A stretch of 64,000 nt of DNA from an uncultured Verrucomicrobiae bacterium (lineage in GTDB: Bacteria > Verrucomicrobiota > Verrucomicrobiia > Limisphaerales > Palsa-1400). Position numbers and translations under genes: made by a program. The notes under the pieces are model-generated. The model was not told the origin of the DNA. It made no database searches and worked only from the letters and a program-made list of their open reading frames with translations. Within the stretch, counting starts at the first letter, position 1, and each line of letters opens with the position of its first letter. The stretch covers positions 2,240,001 through 2,304,000 of the forward strand of contig CAVXRD010000002.1 in assembly GCA_963764165.1 (NCBI GenBank), in the 5' to 3' direction. Below are positions 12,801 to 22,299 of this stretch, one piece after another.

Positions 12801-14030
12801 GGATGTGAAATCATAGCCATCCCATGCAGAGGGCAAAACGACCACATTCGTCGTCAAGTCGCAGTAGGCGTTGGTGACCCACACCGTGAATGAACCATCA
12901 CTGTTCGACGCCTCTCCCATGTTTGAGTAGGGGAAGTTGCCAGGACATGGATAGTTGGTGAAAAAGTTTGGCAGCCCCTCGGTGGTAAGCGCCAATACAT
13001 TGGTGATGGGGGATCCTTCAACCATGGTCAGCGGGCCTTGGCCATTGGTGGGGCCGAATCCGTAGTTGGTCTGGACAATCATCTCGTCGCTATCGACCGG
13101 GATGAAGACAAAAACCCCGCTTTCATAGTTTTCGAAAAAATTAATGGCCGAAGCGTTGGTAAGGTAAATGTTGGTGTAACTAATCACCTGATTGAGCGAG
13201 GGGTCGCCGGCATAATTGGTTGTAAAATAGTTTGTGCACAGGTAATTGGTGAAAAAGATGTTCGTGTAAAGCCCGGCGGAAACGATAAAGTCCACCTCCG
13301 CCCTTCCTTGGGCGCCGCCGCCGCGCGTCACCGTTATTCGGGCGTTGGCGCTGCCGTTGGGAAGCCCAAATAGGCTGGGCGCAATGCTGTCGTTGGTGCC
13401 GCCGTCAATGACGAAATTATCAAGGCTCCCGAACAAATAGAGCGAACTCGAGAATCCGAACCCGCCGGCGGACAAACTCGGAGCCCAGTTCAACTGCACT
13501 TTGCCCTGGCTCTCGCCATCAAAGGCGTCAACGCTGCTGCCAACTTGGATATAATAGGTCGTTTCAAGTGTCGCCGGGAAATCGACGCGGCTGGTAAAGA
13601 GGTTGGAGGAAGCGTCCAGAACATTGCCCGCGATTTTGGTCAAGTTGGTGAAGGACAATGTCCCCGCTGCCTTTTGAGTGTAAACGCCGAGCATGGTGAA
13701 GAGCGGTAGGCCGCTGCTATCGACACTGCCACGGGTATTGAAATCCATCTCCGTCGTAACCGGGGCGGTCCAGGAATACCAGATCGTATTCGAGGGGGCG
13801 ACATTCGGCACAGGGTCGGGTTCCTTCGACTGGACGGTTGATTGCAGATTGGTCCCCTGGACCGTGCCGCTTAATCCCACGATGCCTTGGGCGTTGGTGA
13901 GGTTGTCGTTGGGGGGGGCCGGCTGCGCCTGGGTTTTAAGCGCTGTGCCGCCGCAGATAGCGGCTAAGGCACAAAGCGTCCAGGCGGCTTTGGCGATTCG
14001 CTGCGTTCCGCGTAAATATTCTCTTAACAT
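3845..14030 (-). CDS. Giant (~3400 aa) secreted adhesin-like protein: delta-60 beta-propeller repeats, many Calx-beta domains, P-proprotein-like domain, 2 DUF11 repeats, C-terminal W...FFRL domain; one +1 frameshift at ~5176-5178
   Basis: ORFs 14072-5121 and 5194-3845 join if one T is removed (GGT TTC GAA becomes GGT TCG AAC TCG ATC CTT ATG TCG CAT = GSNSILMSH, continuing the P-domain). It carries repeats such as 'AIAVQADGRILIGGLFT...IARLNSDGTLDTNF' (delta-60) and 'FSQTNYIVSE...ITIIRTNG...GTAVPGVNY' (Calx-beta). ATG 14030 precedes a signal peptide. Confidence 0.85.
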
Positions 14031-14081
14031 AAATCTAACTGTCTTTCTCGGTTTTTTCGGGATGCCCCGCACTGCCGCTGT

Positions 14082-17000
14082 CTATCGGTTTTGCAATAAT
14101 ACGGTACCGCTAGAATCGGTACCAAGGAAGTATCCCCGTCCGATGCTTCCTGTGCTTATATCTGTCAAAACGACGCCCGAAATTGATACTTTCTTATTGC
14201 TCGCCGGGTCAGTAAACCAACCCGTAAAGCTGCCGGAGGAGCCGATTGTCACCGAGCTCTTCGATCCGGTGTATGTTATAAAATTCTTGGTCCCAAGCGT
14301 GTTGGTAATCGGGGCAGCCAGATCACCACCGCTGAGCGTCATTAAAATGTTTGTGTCAACGAACGGGTGGGAATTTGCGGTCAGCGTTTGCCACGGCGAG
14401 TTGGTCGTTTGCAGTATCGTTTCGAAACCGTTCGGATACAGCCTCGTGACGTTGGCCGGTTTCACCCAGGCAATGTTGGTGGAATTGATGCCATTGCTGA
14501 CGGCAGCCCAGCCGAGAACGATGTCCTTGCTGGACGAGCTGTACACATAGAAGGGCCATGCGCCGTATTTTGAGACGGGCGCGCTCGAGCTAAAGTGGGA
14601 GCCATCCGCCAGCGAGCCAGCGAGAGTCAATTCTCCTGCCTTGGTCACGGTTCCAACTCCCCAACTGTCGCCACCAGTTTCGTTGGTGGAGTCCGTGCCC
14701 GTGTCCCACGGCAGAGCGGTGACGAATGAGCCCGCGTAGGGTGACGGGTTGCTGCCCGTGTAGACGGGGCCGAAATCGGCGCTCAACGACGCAGTAAAGG
14801 AGCTTCCAGTGACAGTTCCGTTGATTTGACCACTGGTTCCCGAGGGGTCCAGCAGAAGATAGAGGGCCAAAGTTCCTGCATGCCCTTTGGCGTTCGCCGT
14901 CGCGATTCCTGCCCCGTTGAATTTGGAGTTGAAAGTGTATGTTTCCGCCCCCATTTGCAGTTTTCCTGAAAATGCGCCGCTAGAGGAGACGCTGAGCTTC
15001 ACGAGCCCGGAACTATCCGGGTCAACCACGCCGTTGGTGGCATAAAAGAGCCCCGTATATGCGCCTTCCAGCGATGGAAACGGATTCGGCACAAAGGTCG
15101 CGGCGGCATCCGTGTTCGTAACGAAATCAAATGTCACCGTCGGATCGTAATTGGTGACACCGATTCCTTGTTCCGAGACAACCCAGCTCGCAAAAAGCCA
15201 GCCCTTGGCGGGCTTGGCGGTGAGCGTATAGCTGTCACCAAGGATCACGGCGTTTGTCGCTGGCGTTGGAGTTATGGTTCCCAATCCGCGTTGCGATATG
15301 GTGAGGACATCCAAGCTGGAAGAAGACGGGCCCACCAAGTATGAAATCTGATTTGATCCAGGCGTGCAATTGCAAGGGAAGGTGTAATCGCCGGGGCAGG
15401 GTATATAGCTGGACAGGTTGCCCGGATTGTTAAGGAGGTACGGATACGGCGAGGGAGCGCCTGGCACGCCGTTGAGCATGAGCACGGTAGAGTTCGCGCC
15501 ATAGCTTGGCCAGAACGAGATGTCGACGCTGTGGGCCACCGCTTCGTTCATCAGGCAAACGATGCTGCTGTTATAGTAGGGTATTGCCAGAACGCTATTG
15601 GGGCCAACAAAATTGGGAACCCAGACCAGACCTGAAACGGTATTGGTCAATTTGTTGGGATCGCCGTTCGAGTCCGCGAAATAAATCGTCATGTTCGGAT
15701 CGATCAGAATTCCATTCCTGTAGTTGGTGTAGGCGATATTGGTTAATTCAAGATAGTCGACATACATCGCATTGCGGGCGCCCGCGCCGGTGAAGTGCAG
15801 CGTGCCGTTCGTAGCGCGATCCAGAACAAGCCGGCCGATCGTCGCGTTGTTCGTGAATCCCAGCGGGCTGGCCCCTCGGTCTTCACCTGCCCAAACGTGG
15901 TCGATCAGTTGGTTGCTTCCCGCGTAGGTGTAAATCTGCGTCCCAAACAAATCGCCCGTGGCGGGCTTCACCGGCAAGTTAAAGCCGTTGCTTACGGACC
16001 ATTGATTGCTATAGGTGGTATTCCTGATCGCTGTCGGCGTGCCGGAAAATAAGTCGCTGAGGTGGTTTTCCGCGTAAATCGTGAGAGTGCCGCTCCCCCC
16101 AAGTCCTGCCTGAATGGTTGAACCCGTTGCCTCGATATTCATTGCCGACAGATACACATCACTTCCGGCAAATATGCTGTTGGGACTGCCCGTGGCCACA
16201 CCCATGAATATATTGCTGGCTTGAATCGCAACTGAACCGGTGTTGTTCGCGGTAATAATACCATCCTGCTCTACCGTTCGCGCCTGGATCTGAGGAACAT
16301 AGGCGGTGATTTGACCATAGTTAGTTACGGTATCGACGGTGTATCTCCGTCCGACCGGTCCGCTCTGGCCTGCGTTGGGATTGAAGCCGATGTCGAGCGT
16401 GTTCTCCACTGCGAAGACCGCGTTTGTCTGGACGACGAGATTTTTGAGATTCGGCGCATTTGCAGCCACAAAGTTCTGCGCGTTTTGCGAGTTGGTGAAG
16501 TTGGTTGAGGTGATGAGAAGATTTGGCGTGGTAATGAGCGTGTTGCCGATCACGCTCAGGTTGTCGCTGATGGTGGCCAATTTTTTCCCGGTCAAGTTCA
16601 GATTGCGGATGGTAGATGGGAAGGATCCAAAAAGATTCTGGTCGACGACCGTAATGTGGTAATGCCATGTGTTCGTTAATTGGGTGGGGTCCTGTCCGAT
16701 GGCCGAAAAGAAATTTGTTTGCTGGTTCTGCCAGTTGGCCGACCAGACGTAGACATCTCCCCGGATGCGATTGAAGGTGACCGGGAAAAAATTCGCATTG
16801 GTCAGCATTCCATTCGTCGCGCCGATGGTGGCGTTGGCAACACCCCAATCGGTGCCGGTTGTGTTCGATCCGCCGAGGTTGGTGGCGTTAATTTCCACCA
16901 TGCCTTCGGCCCGAATTCGCGCCATTGTCAAGTCGAGGTTGGCCGCGTTTAACTCGACTCTCGCGGGAAGATTGGTTGGATCAGGCAGGTTCACGTTCAT

Positions 17001-18437
17001 GTAGGGCAGAAGAATTCCCGCGTCCGTCCCTGGGTTGACCATATTGGCGAAGGACCCTGTGATGCTGGATGGGTTGTAGCCTATTTGCGCTCCGTACTCT
17101 GAAATGGTAAGCGGCTCTTTGGTGCCGCTCAATGCATTTTGATCATAAATAAGGTCGCTGAGATATCCAATGTTGGTTTCGTATCCATTGGCCGGAGTGA
17201 AAAAATCCTGATCGTACCATTCTGGCGGGGTTGATGTGATGACCGCCAGTCCATTTGGCCGCATGCCTTCCGGCGTGGTGTCATTAATGGATAATCTCGC
17301 TGAGGGAAGGACGGCGCTATCGTCGATGACATAGATGGCGTTTTGGTTTGTGGTTTGGGTAATGATGTCGAAGACAGGCTCGGATATCTGAATAATGTCC
17401 TCAATCCCATATCCGTCGTTATTGGGAACCGTAAGCACATCCTGAACATAAATTGGTTCGGTGAAACCGGCCGTTACCGTAATGTTTCGCGCGTTGCCTT
17501 GATTGTAGGTCGTGTTGGCGAAGTTACTATTTACGAAAATGACGTTATAGTAAATGTTGCTGGGCGCCCCGATATAAATAACCGCCTTGGCCAAGTACTG
17601 CGAGGTGTCGAAATTGATGGGGAAGCCAGGTATAATATTGTCGCCACGGGCGGCGGTGACAATGTCAGCGGGAACATTCGGAAAATCGAATCCAGAAGTG
17701 TCCAGTGTGAGATTATTGGTGATTCCCCAATAAAGGTCATAAACGTTTATGTCCGGCACATAATAGTAATTCCCGTCTATGGCATCCCATGAAAACAGCC
17801 CTTCCAGCGCCGTCAGGTTGTAATCAGCGCTGTTTACTTCGGAGGCGGTCGCGAGCTGGCCGGCGATCAGGTTGCCGTGGTAGTTCGTAATGTTCCTGCC
17901 CGTCAGGGTGATTTCGCCGTCATTGCCAACCTGAAGAGTTCCTGAGTTGTAGATGCTGTTTGCAAGGACATCGATGTGCGAGGCAATCGGAGCGCTGGGG
18001 TTGTAGACGGGGCTGGCGGTCGTCGATCCAGGGGTGGCGTAAAAGTCAGGAACACCCTCCGTATCGAGCCCCTCGATATATCCAAAATTTTGAAAGGCGA
18101 TGGCGGCATGCCTGGAGTTCGCCGTCCCGGTGTCGAATCGGAAGCCCGGATAACCAAGCATCTGGCCGCTGCTTGTATTTGTGAAATAGAGCGTGCCCGT
18201 CGTCATATACGGAATCGGGTTGGCTCCGTATTCGTAAAGGCTGGTAACGTTGTTGGTGGGGCTGGAGCTGATGATCGTGTCGATATTGATCGTTCCAGCG
18301 TTGTAAAAAATGCGCGCGTCCACCGTGGGGGCGGTCGTCAGAACCTTATAGTTGTAAAATTCACTGGCCTTTCCCCACGACAACTGCGCCTGGCAAAGGC
18401 CAAATCCCAGCAGCAGGGTTGTCAAAAATCGTTTCAT
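14082..18437 (-). CDS. Large (~1450 aa) secreted beta-rich protein with a divergent InlB B-repeat-like domain and C-terminal beta domains
   Basis: Signal peptide MKRFLTTLLLGFGLCQAQLSWG; T/N/G-rich; B-repeat-like segment GLGTITP...YTLTAKPAKGWLFASW...ATFVPNPF; Cys linker CPGDYTFPCNC. Confidence 0.75.
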   Translation of the reverse strand: MKRFLTTLLLGFGLCQAQLSWGKASEFYNYKVLTTAPTVDARIFYNAGTINIDTIISSSPTNNVTSLYEYGANPIPYMTTGTLYFTNTSSGQMLGYPGFRFDTGTANSRHAAIAFQNFGYIEGLDTEGVPDFYATPGSTTASPVYNPSAPIASHIDVLANSIYNSGTLQVGNDGEITLTGRNITNYHGNLIAGQLATASEVNSADYNLTALEGLFSWDAIDGNYYYVPDINVYDLYWGITNNLTLDTSGFDFPNVPADIVTAARGDNIIPGFPINFDTSQYLAKAVIYIGAPSNIYYNVIFVNSNFANTTYNQGNARNITVTAGFTEPIYVQDVLTVPNNDGYGIEDIIQISEPVFDIITQTTNQNAIYVIDDSAVLPSARLSINDTTPEGMRPNGLAVITSTPPEWYDQDFFTPANGYETNIGYLSDLIYDQNALSGTKEPLTISEYGAQIGYNPSSITGSFANMVNPGTDAGILLPYMNVNLPDPTNLPARVELNAANLDLTMARIRAEGMVEINATNLGGSNTTGTDWGVANATIGATNGMLTNANFFPVTFNRIRGDVYVWSANWQNQQTNFFSAIGQDPTQLTNTWHYHITVVDQNLFGSFPSTIRNLNLTGKKLATISDNLSVIGNTLITTPNLLITSTNFTNSQNAQNFVAANAPNLKNLVVQTNAVFAVENTLDIGFNPNAGQSGPVGRRYTVDTVTNYGQITAYVPQIQARTVEQDGIITANNTGSVAIQASNIFMGVATGSPNSIFAGSDVYLSAMNIEATGSTIQAGLGGSGTLTIYAENHLSDLFSGTPTAIRNTTYSNQWSVSNGFNLPVKPATGDLFGTQIYTYAGSNQLIDHVWAGEDRGASPLGFTNNATIGRLVLDRATNGTLHFTGAGARNAMYVDYLELTNIAYTNYRNGILIDPNMTIYFADSNGDPNKLTNTVSGLVWVPNFVGPNSVLAIPYYNSSIVCLMNEAVAHSVDISFWPSYGANSTVLMLNGVPGAPSPYPYLLNNPGNLSSYIPCPGDYTFPCNCTPGSNQISYLVGPSSSSLDVLTISQRGLGTITPTPATNAVILGDSYTLTAKPAKGWLFASWVVSEQGIGVTNYDPTVTFDFVTNTDAAATFVPNPFPSLEGAYTGLFYATNGVVDPDSSGLVKLSVSSSGAFSGKLQMGAETYTFNSKFNGAGIATANAKGHAGTLALYLLLDPSGTSGQINGTVTGSSFTASLSADFGPVYTGSNPSPYAGSFVTALPWDTGTDSTNETGGDSWGVGTVTKAGELTLAGSLADGSHFSSSAPVSKYGAWPFYVYSSSSKDIVLGWAAVSNGINSTNIAWVKPANVTRLYPNGFETILQTTNSPWQTLTANSHPFVDTNILMTLSGGDLAAPITNTLGTKNFITYTGSKSSVTIGSSGSFTGWFTDPASNKKVSISGVVLTDISTGSIGRGYFLGTDSSGTVLLQNR

Positions 18438-18452
18438 ATGCACTCGGTAATC

Positions 18453-19940
18453 TTAGGGAACTGCGGTGGTTGTGCCGTTGGTGTTTGGACTGATCGCAGG
18501 GCTCCAGGTGTTTATGACCGGCAGAGCGGTTCCGCCTTGCGCCATCTGCGTTTCCAGATCCTCCAAATTGATTCCCTGCGGATACACGGTCGGCTCGTTG
18601 GTCGTGCCATCGAAAGACCCCCATATGAAAATGGGATATGCGCTGTAGTTCAACCCATCCATGAATTCCGGGTTGTAGTTGTAATACTGCGGCCCCGCAT
18701 TGTTCAACACGATCAATTCCTGCGGAGCAATTGTGGCCGGCGTGGCGCCTCCGCCTTCGGAGGCATAGGGCGAGGCAATGAACGAACCGAACTTGGCCAG
18801 CTCAAAATCGGTAAAGAATGGCGTGCTCACAACCATGTTGGACGCGGCAAAGATGATGTCCGGGGCGGTTACGGTTCGCGTCACCTTCAATTTGGATAAT
18901 TGATTGTTCGTGATATACGGAATGGTGTAGGTGTAGGTAACGGGCGTGAAGGTATTTCCATAGACCGAATCGAAACCTACTCTGACGAAGGTGATTTTCT
19001 CGACGCCGCCCACCACCCCAACGAAATTGCTGATCCCTGCCGATTCGACCGTATTGCTGATAGCGTTGGTGCCGACAGGATTCCACGTCGTGCTGAGGGA
19101 CGAAGCCGATGTGTTCGTGAATACGACCGAATTGCTGTCCAATTGCTGATAGGCGAAGTTGTTTTGGCTGTAAAGATATTTCAAGCCCCCAACGTCGTCC
19201 CGAGTGTAGTTCAGATAGTAGGCGCCGATTTGCAGGTTGTTGCCCGTGGCGACGGCGGAATAGCGCAAACCTGTTGTGTCAAGCGGAAACTCGATGGCGT
19301 CACCGACATTGACCGCCGCCTGGCAGCCGTCCCAAATTATGTAGCTATACAAATGCCCGTTGACATAGTCGGAAGGGGCGGCCGTCCCCGGATCGTAATT
19401 GCGGTTGGCGACGAAGTACTCGTAATCGCAAACCGGCGGCCCTTGTTTTGTTCTTGCCGTCAAGTCGAACACATGAGTTTCGCCCAGCAACCCCATGTGC
19501 TCGGCCATAAGATAGAGAACCGTTGACTTGATATCGATCAACTGCATCGCCTGCGCGGTATAATTAATCTGTTGATCGCCATCCTTTAGAAAGCTGTTCA
19601 GATTGGCCGAGGAGGACGCAGGCAGCGCATTGAGCACCGCAAACGCGGAATTCACCGCCGCCACACCTTTGTTCCCGAAGTATTGCAAGAACGTGTTGTC
19701 AAAAGCGTAGGTGATGATCGGCGTGGTCAAGCGCGAGCCCTCACCGTAGTTTTTGGTGCCTCCGATTTCGATTCCATCCAAGCCGGGCTCCACACGCTGG
19801 TAGTAGTAGCGCGGAATACCATAATCCAAATCCGGCGTCTGCCACGGTTCGAGGGGGCCCAGCAAAGAGAATGCCTGCGCGCTATGCGCGGCGGCAATCG
19901 CCGCAGCCAACCCACAACATTTCAGTAATTTTCGCAGCAT
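18453..19940 (-). CDS. Secreted protein with matrixin (M10)-like fold signatures but no zinc-binding HExxH
   Basis: Signal peptide ending AQA-FSLLGP. ITYAFD...AVNSAF, DIKSTVLYLMAEHMGL and TRDDVGGLKYLY align with matrixin elements. Confidence 0.6.
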   Translation of the reverse strand: MLRKLLKCCGLAAAIAAAHSAQAFSLLGPLEPWQTPDLDYGIPRYYYQRVEPGLDGIEIGGTKNYGEGSRLTTPIITYAFDNTFLQYFGNKGVAAVNSAFAVLNALPASSSANLNSFLKDGDQQINYTAQAMQLIDIKSTVLYLMAEHMGLLGETHVFDLTARTKQGPPVCDYEYFVANRNYDPGTAAPSDYVNGHLYSYIIWDGCQAAVNVGDAIEFPLDTTGLRYSAVATGNNLQIGAYYLNYTRDDVGGLKYLYSQNNFAYQQLDSNSVVFTNTSASSLSTTWNPVGTNAISNTVESAGISNFVGVVGGVEKITFVRVGFDSVYGNTFTPVTYTYTIPYITNNQLSKLKVTRTVTAPDIIFAASNMVVSTPFFTDFELAKFGSFIASPYASEGGGATPATIAPQELIVLNNAGPQYYNYNPEFMDGLNYSAYPIFIWGSFDGTTNEPTVYPQGINLEDLETQMAQGGTALPVINTWSPAISPNTNGTTTAVP

Positions 19941-19944
19941 AATC

Positions 19945-21216
19945 TTACTGTGAGCTCAAAGTAAATGCCTGGCCATACAGGTCGAAGCCCGATTTGCCCG
20001 CCACTCCAGACGTGTTGACGAAACTGGCCCAGACGACCAGAAATTTGTTGACGCCATCCCACGCCACCGCGGGGTGGAACTGCTGGCTGATCGTCGTGGT
20101 GTTGACTTGAACTTCAGCGCCCAGCGGCGCGGTTCCAGCGCGCAGGAAGCGGCCAAAGACTCCCTCCCGCGACCCGTCCTGACCCATGCTGGTCCAAACC
20201 ACCATGCTGCCAGCGGGTCCGGCTGCGATCTTCGGGCCAAATTGATCGCCGTAAAGATACGTATTGATGCGAAAGTCAGCTCCCCGAGGCGAACCGGTGG
20301 CACTGAATGGGCGGCCCCAAATGTCCCAGCTATTTGTCGGCACCGAATCCTTCTGGGCCCAAACCACGGTGAACCCCCCATCGCTTAACGGAGCGACGTC
20401 GGGCGTATCGCAGGGAAAGGCGCCGGAGTTAATCGGGATTTCATCCGTGATGGGAACGCCACCCGGCGTAAACACGCGCGCATACACGTCAACGCTGTTA
20501 TTCGCGCGTTCTTGCTCGGAAATCCATGCAACAACAAAATCGCCATTCGCCAGGGTGGCTACGGCGGGCTTGCGCTGGTTGTATTGGGTGTATTGGTTGA
20601 CTTTGAATTCAGATTTTCCTGAAGCAGCGCCCGATTCGGTTAGTTTTCTGGCATAAACTCCCCACATGCTGCCATCCTGTCCGTCACTGGCCCACGCAAC
20701 GACCGCGCTGCCGTCGGCCAGGCCGGTGACCACAGGATCCGCCACCAGCCCCTTGGTATAGGTATTCAAGCGGACGTCGATGCCAGAGACGTTTGTGGTA
20801 TAGGCGCTTGTAGTCTTGGTAGTGGCCGCTTTTGCCACCCGTGTGTAAATTCCGGGCGTGCCTGCCACGTTGCACTGCCAAACGAAAACAGTGTTTTTGT
20901 TGGCCATCAGCTTGGCTTTGGGATTCAGCATGCTGCCGGTCGTCGCTTTATTGGCGGTAAAGGGCCTAGAGGCGAAGCCACTGCCGTCCAGCATGGCCGC
21001 GCCGATGCCGAACCCGTTTTTCATCCTCGCGTTGTCTTGCCAGGCGATAATGCCGCCGGAGGAATGAAGCGAGATGCTCGGCCACACCTGGTCCCCCGGG
21101 ATGCTGCCAGCAATGGAAAACTCTCCTCCTTGCCGAACAAGCGGAGTGCCTGCGAACACCGCGTTGGAAACAGCAAGGAAAATCCCCCCTACGAGAATCT
21201 TAGAGACGCGAAACAT
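19945..21216 (-). CDS. Secreted repeat (probable beta-propeller) protein
   Basis: About six repeats of EFxVNxYTxxxQxxPxVAxxxxGxFxVxW. ATG 21216 (MFRVSKILVGGIFLAVSNAVFA) gives a signal peptide; the listed longer start overlaps the upstream gene. Confidence 0.75.
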   Translation of the reverse strand: MFRVSKILVGGIFLAVSNAVFAGTPLVRQGGEFSIAGSIPGDQVWPSISLHSSGGIIAWQDNARMKNGFGIGAAMLDGSGFASRPFTANKATTGSMLNPKAKLMANKNTVFVWQCNVAGTPGIYTRVAKAATTKTTSAYTTNVSGIDVRLNTYTKGLVADPVVTGLADGSAVVAWASDGQDGSMWGVYARKLTESGAASGKSEFKVNQYTQYNQRKPAVATLANGDFVVAWISEQERANNSVDVYARVFTPGGVPITDEIPINSGAFPCDTPDVAPLSDGGFTVVWAQKDSVPTNSWDIWGRPFSATGSPRGADFRINTYLYGDQFGPKIAAGPAGSMVVWTSMGQDGSREGVFGRFLRAGTAPLGAEVQVNTTTISQQFHPAVAWDGVNKFLVVWASFVNTSGVAGKSGFDLYGQAFTLSSQ

Positions 21217-21329
21217 TACGGATATATGATTCATTTGTTTTATCAGGACAGCCCTCCGTTGTCCAGCTATTCTTTGTTTGGTCGCAGTGTTTTGCATGGG
21301 AGTCTCAAAAGGCAACGGCTTCAAATGCA

Positions 21330-22265
21330 TCAACACGCCCCCGCCGTTTCTGGAAATAAATCATGGGCGTTGACGAGCGACGCTTCCAGCTCGCGCAGAA
21401 GCGTTTTGAAACCCCAACGGGCATATAGCGGCCGCAATGCTCCGGCATCGGCAACTTTGCAAACCAAATCCTCCATTCTAACTTCACAAGGCAACTGAGT
21501 GTTCAAACGAACCAATTGCTGGTTTCGCCGAACCAAGCTCTCCGCAGCCTGCAGATTGACCCGCAGACGGTCGGGACGCACCTCCTCGATACGCTTATAC
21601 AATAATTCAAGGGTGCCGAATTGTTGAAGCAGCGCTGTAGCAGTCTTTGTGCCAACTCCTGCCACGCCGGGAATGTTATCTACCGCATCGCCCAAAAGGC
21701 TTAGCCAGTCCACAATTTGCGTGGGATTCACGCCGGTCTTGGCAATGACTTCTTCCGCGCCCCAAAGTATATCCGTCTTGTCATTCGGATTCAGCAAGCG
21801 AATGTCGTCTGAGACTAGCTGCATGAAGTCTTTGTCGGAACTGGCAATAACCACCGGCAAACCGGCGGTGACTGCCCGTTCGGCGACCACCGCAATCAAA
21901 TCATCCGCTTCGCACCCATCCTGCATCAGAGAGAAAACGTTGGAGGCGCCGAGAAACTCCCCAATCTGATCCAATTGCGATTCCAAATCCGGCGGCATCT
22001 CTGGCCGATGAGCCTTGTATTCAACCAGAAGCTCTTTTCGATCAGCGGCCAGCCCTCCATCCCAAACAACGATTGCATGGGAAGGCTTGAGCCGCGCCTG
22101 CATCTTCGTTAACATCCGGATGAAACCATAGATGGCGTTCGTCGCCATGCCCTCAGGCGAGGAAAGCGAGCGGATCGCGAAGAAGGCCCGGTATGCGAAA
22201 GCGTGCCCATCGACGATCAGAAGTTGTCGCCGAGTTGTTGCTTCTGTTGTTGGGCTGCTTTGCAT
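21330..22265 (-). CDS. Stand-alone 5'-3' exonuclease / flap endonuclease (Pol I N-terminal domain family)
   Basis: LLIVDGHAFAYRAFFA, YKAHRPEMP, EADDLIA, SSDKDFMQL, LLGDAVDNIPGVAGVGTKTA (H3TH); no polymerase domain. Confidence 0.92.
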   Translation of the reverse strand: MQSSPTTEATTRRQLLIVDGHAFAYRAFFAIRSLSSPEGMATNAIYGFIRMLTKMQARLKPSHAIVVWDGGLAADRKELLVEYKAHRPEMPPDLESQLDQIGEFLGASNVFSLMQDGCEADDLIAVVAERAVTAGLPVVIASSDKDFMQLVSDDIRLLNPNDKTDILWGAEEVIAKTGVNPTQIVDWLSLLGDAVDNIPGVAGVGTKTATALLQQFGTLELLYKRIEEVRPDRLRVNLQAAESLVRRNQQLVRLNTQLPCEVRMEDLVCKVADAGALRPLYARWGFKTLLRELEASLVNAHDLFPETAGAC

Positions 22266-22299
22266 TGGGGTGCGTTCATCAGTTCGCCGGGCGACACCG

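Noticed and set aside
18453..18500. C-terminal ...TTTAVP as a PEP-CTERM sorting signal
   Set aside because: Protein ends at VP with no EP, transmembrane helix or basic tail.
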